A stretch of DNA of 32,000 bases. Source: Synechocystis sp. PCC 6803 substr. PCC-P (GTDB lineage: Bacteria > Cyanobacteriota > Cyanobacteriia > Cyanobacteriales > Microcystaceae). The stretch spans positions 150,001 through 182,000 of the forward strand of contig NC_017039.1 in NCBI RefSeq assembly GCF_000284455.1, in the 5' to 3' direction. A model generated the notes under the pieces. That model saw only the letters and a list, made by a program, of their open reading frames with translations, made no database searches and was not told the origin of the DNA. Of the stretch, positions 31,097 through 32,000 are shown piece by piece (position 1 is the stretch's first letter; each line of letters begins with the position of its first letter). The position numbers and the translations under genes were made by a program.

Positions 31097-32000
31097 ATGT
31101 TGTTTAAATCCCGCCGTAATCTGGTTATTCTTCTGGCGATCGCCGTGGTGGCGGTGGCGGCGCTGCTGTGGACTGGGCCGGGCCAGGCCGACCATCTGCA
31201 AGGGTCCACCTATAGTACTACTCCAGGGGGCTATGGGGCTTGGTGGCAATGGATGGAAAAAGCTGGAACTCCGGTGCAACGATGGCGCAAACCCGGAGAC
31301 AAGTTAACGACCCTCTCTAGTCCGGCAACTTTGCTGAAAATTAACCCTAGGTCCATCCTCAACTTTTCTCCCTATGATGACGGTGGCAGTATTAACCCCA
31401 GCGAATCTGAATGGGTAGCCCAGGGTAATCGTTTGGTTTACCTGGGACGATGGGCGGAATTAACCGATGCTCCCTTTACCCAAACCGTAGTAACAGACCA
31501 GGGCCCCATAAGTATTCAGGGAAGACGGAGATCGCCACAGCAGGAAGGCAAAATATTAGCGGACAAATACGGCACCTTAATTTGGCGGCAACGGCAAGGC
31601 AAAGGAGAAATTATCTGGGTAGTACCTCCCTTTTTGGCGGCTAATGCTTTTCAGGATGAACCGGCTAACTTTGCCCTGCTCCAATCTTTGCTAACTGAAG
31701 GCCATAATCCCCTGTGGGTGGATGAATATTTACACGGCTATAAGGACGCAGAAACTCTCCAGCAGGAAGGGGTGGAATCGGTGTGGGCCTATCTGCAAAA
31801 CACTCCCCTACTACTCATTTTTCTGCAATCCTTAGTGGTGGTGACACTCCTAGCTATTTTTGGGAATCGGCGTTTTGGCCAACCCCAAACTCCCCCTAGC
31901 CTGGCCAGTAACAATAACCAAGCCTATATCAATGCCCTCGCCCAGGTCTTGGAAAAAGGCGATCGCCCCCAATTTGTGGTGCAACAGTTGCTCCAGGCAG
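31097..32000 (+). CDS. DUF4350-like membrane protein, C-terminus truncated by the window edge
   Basis: Open frame from ATG 31097: MLFKSRRNLVILLAIAVVAVAALLWTGPGQADHLQGSTYSTTPGGYGAWWQWMEKAG...GEIIWVVPPFLAANAFQDEPANFALLQSLLTEGHNPLWVDEYLHGY...LLLIFLQSLVVVTLLAIF. Not in the supplied track because it runs off the end. Confidence 0.75.
   Translation, partial: MLFKSRRNLVILLAIAVVAVAALLWTGPGQADHLQGSTYSTTPGGYGAWWQWMEKAGTPVQRWRKPGDKLTTLSSPATLLKINPRSILNFSPYDDGGSINPSESEWVAQGNRLVYLGRWAELTDAPFTQTVVTDQGPISIQGRRRSPQQEGKILADKYGTLIWRQRQGKGEIIWVVPPFLAANAFQDEPANFALLQSLLTEGHNPLWVDEYLHGYKDAETLQQEGVESVWAYLQNTPLLLIFLQSLVVVTLLAIFGNRRFGQPQTPPSLASNNNQAYINALAQVLEKGDRPQFVVQQLLQA

Overview
This window is cyanobacterial chromosome. 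Gene content and many exact protein sequences look like Synechocystis sp. PCC 6803; that is recognition from memory, not a database search. It is a dense, ordinary core-genome segment with no CRISPR array, transposase, prophage or obvious defence island. Left to right: ycf4 (partial, -), a GH3-family protein (-), an amino-acid ABC transporter binding protein (-), rnpB (+), a small conserved protein, an LptA-like protein and an LptB-like ATPase (+), cobK-like reductase (+), psaK (+), a small coiled-coil/TM protein (-), ndhB (-), a metallophosphoesterase (-), an unlisted 49-aa membrane ORF (-), petN (-, absent from the ORF track), an RDD membrane protein (+), PrxQ/BCP peroxiredoxin (-), glmS (-), the flv4-sll0218-flv2-type flavodiiron operon (-), a carboxyl-terminal processing protease (+), divergent Sua5/YrdC-like (-) and LarC-like (+) genes, the atp1-atpI-H-G-F-D-A-C operon (-), a Walker/DUF697-type GTPase (+), a histidine-kinase-like protein (+) and a truncated DUF4350-like membrane protein (+). 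I found no convincing undescribed system. The best leads are: a kinase-like protein whose H-box histidine position reads Arg; a GTPase with a degenerate G4 motif; two small membrane ORFs absent from the ORF track; metal-ligand loss in Flv2 beside an intact Flv4; and a 5-bp divergent start arrangement between sua5-like and larC.
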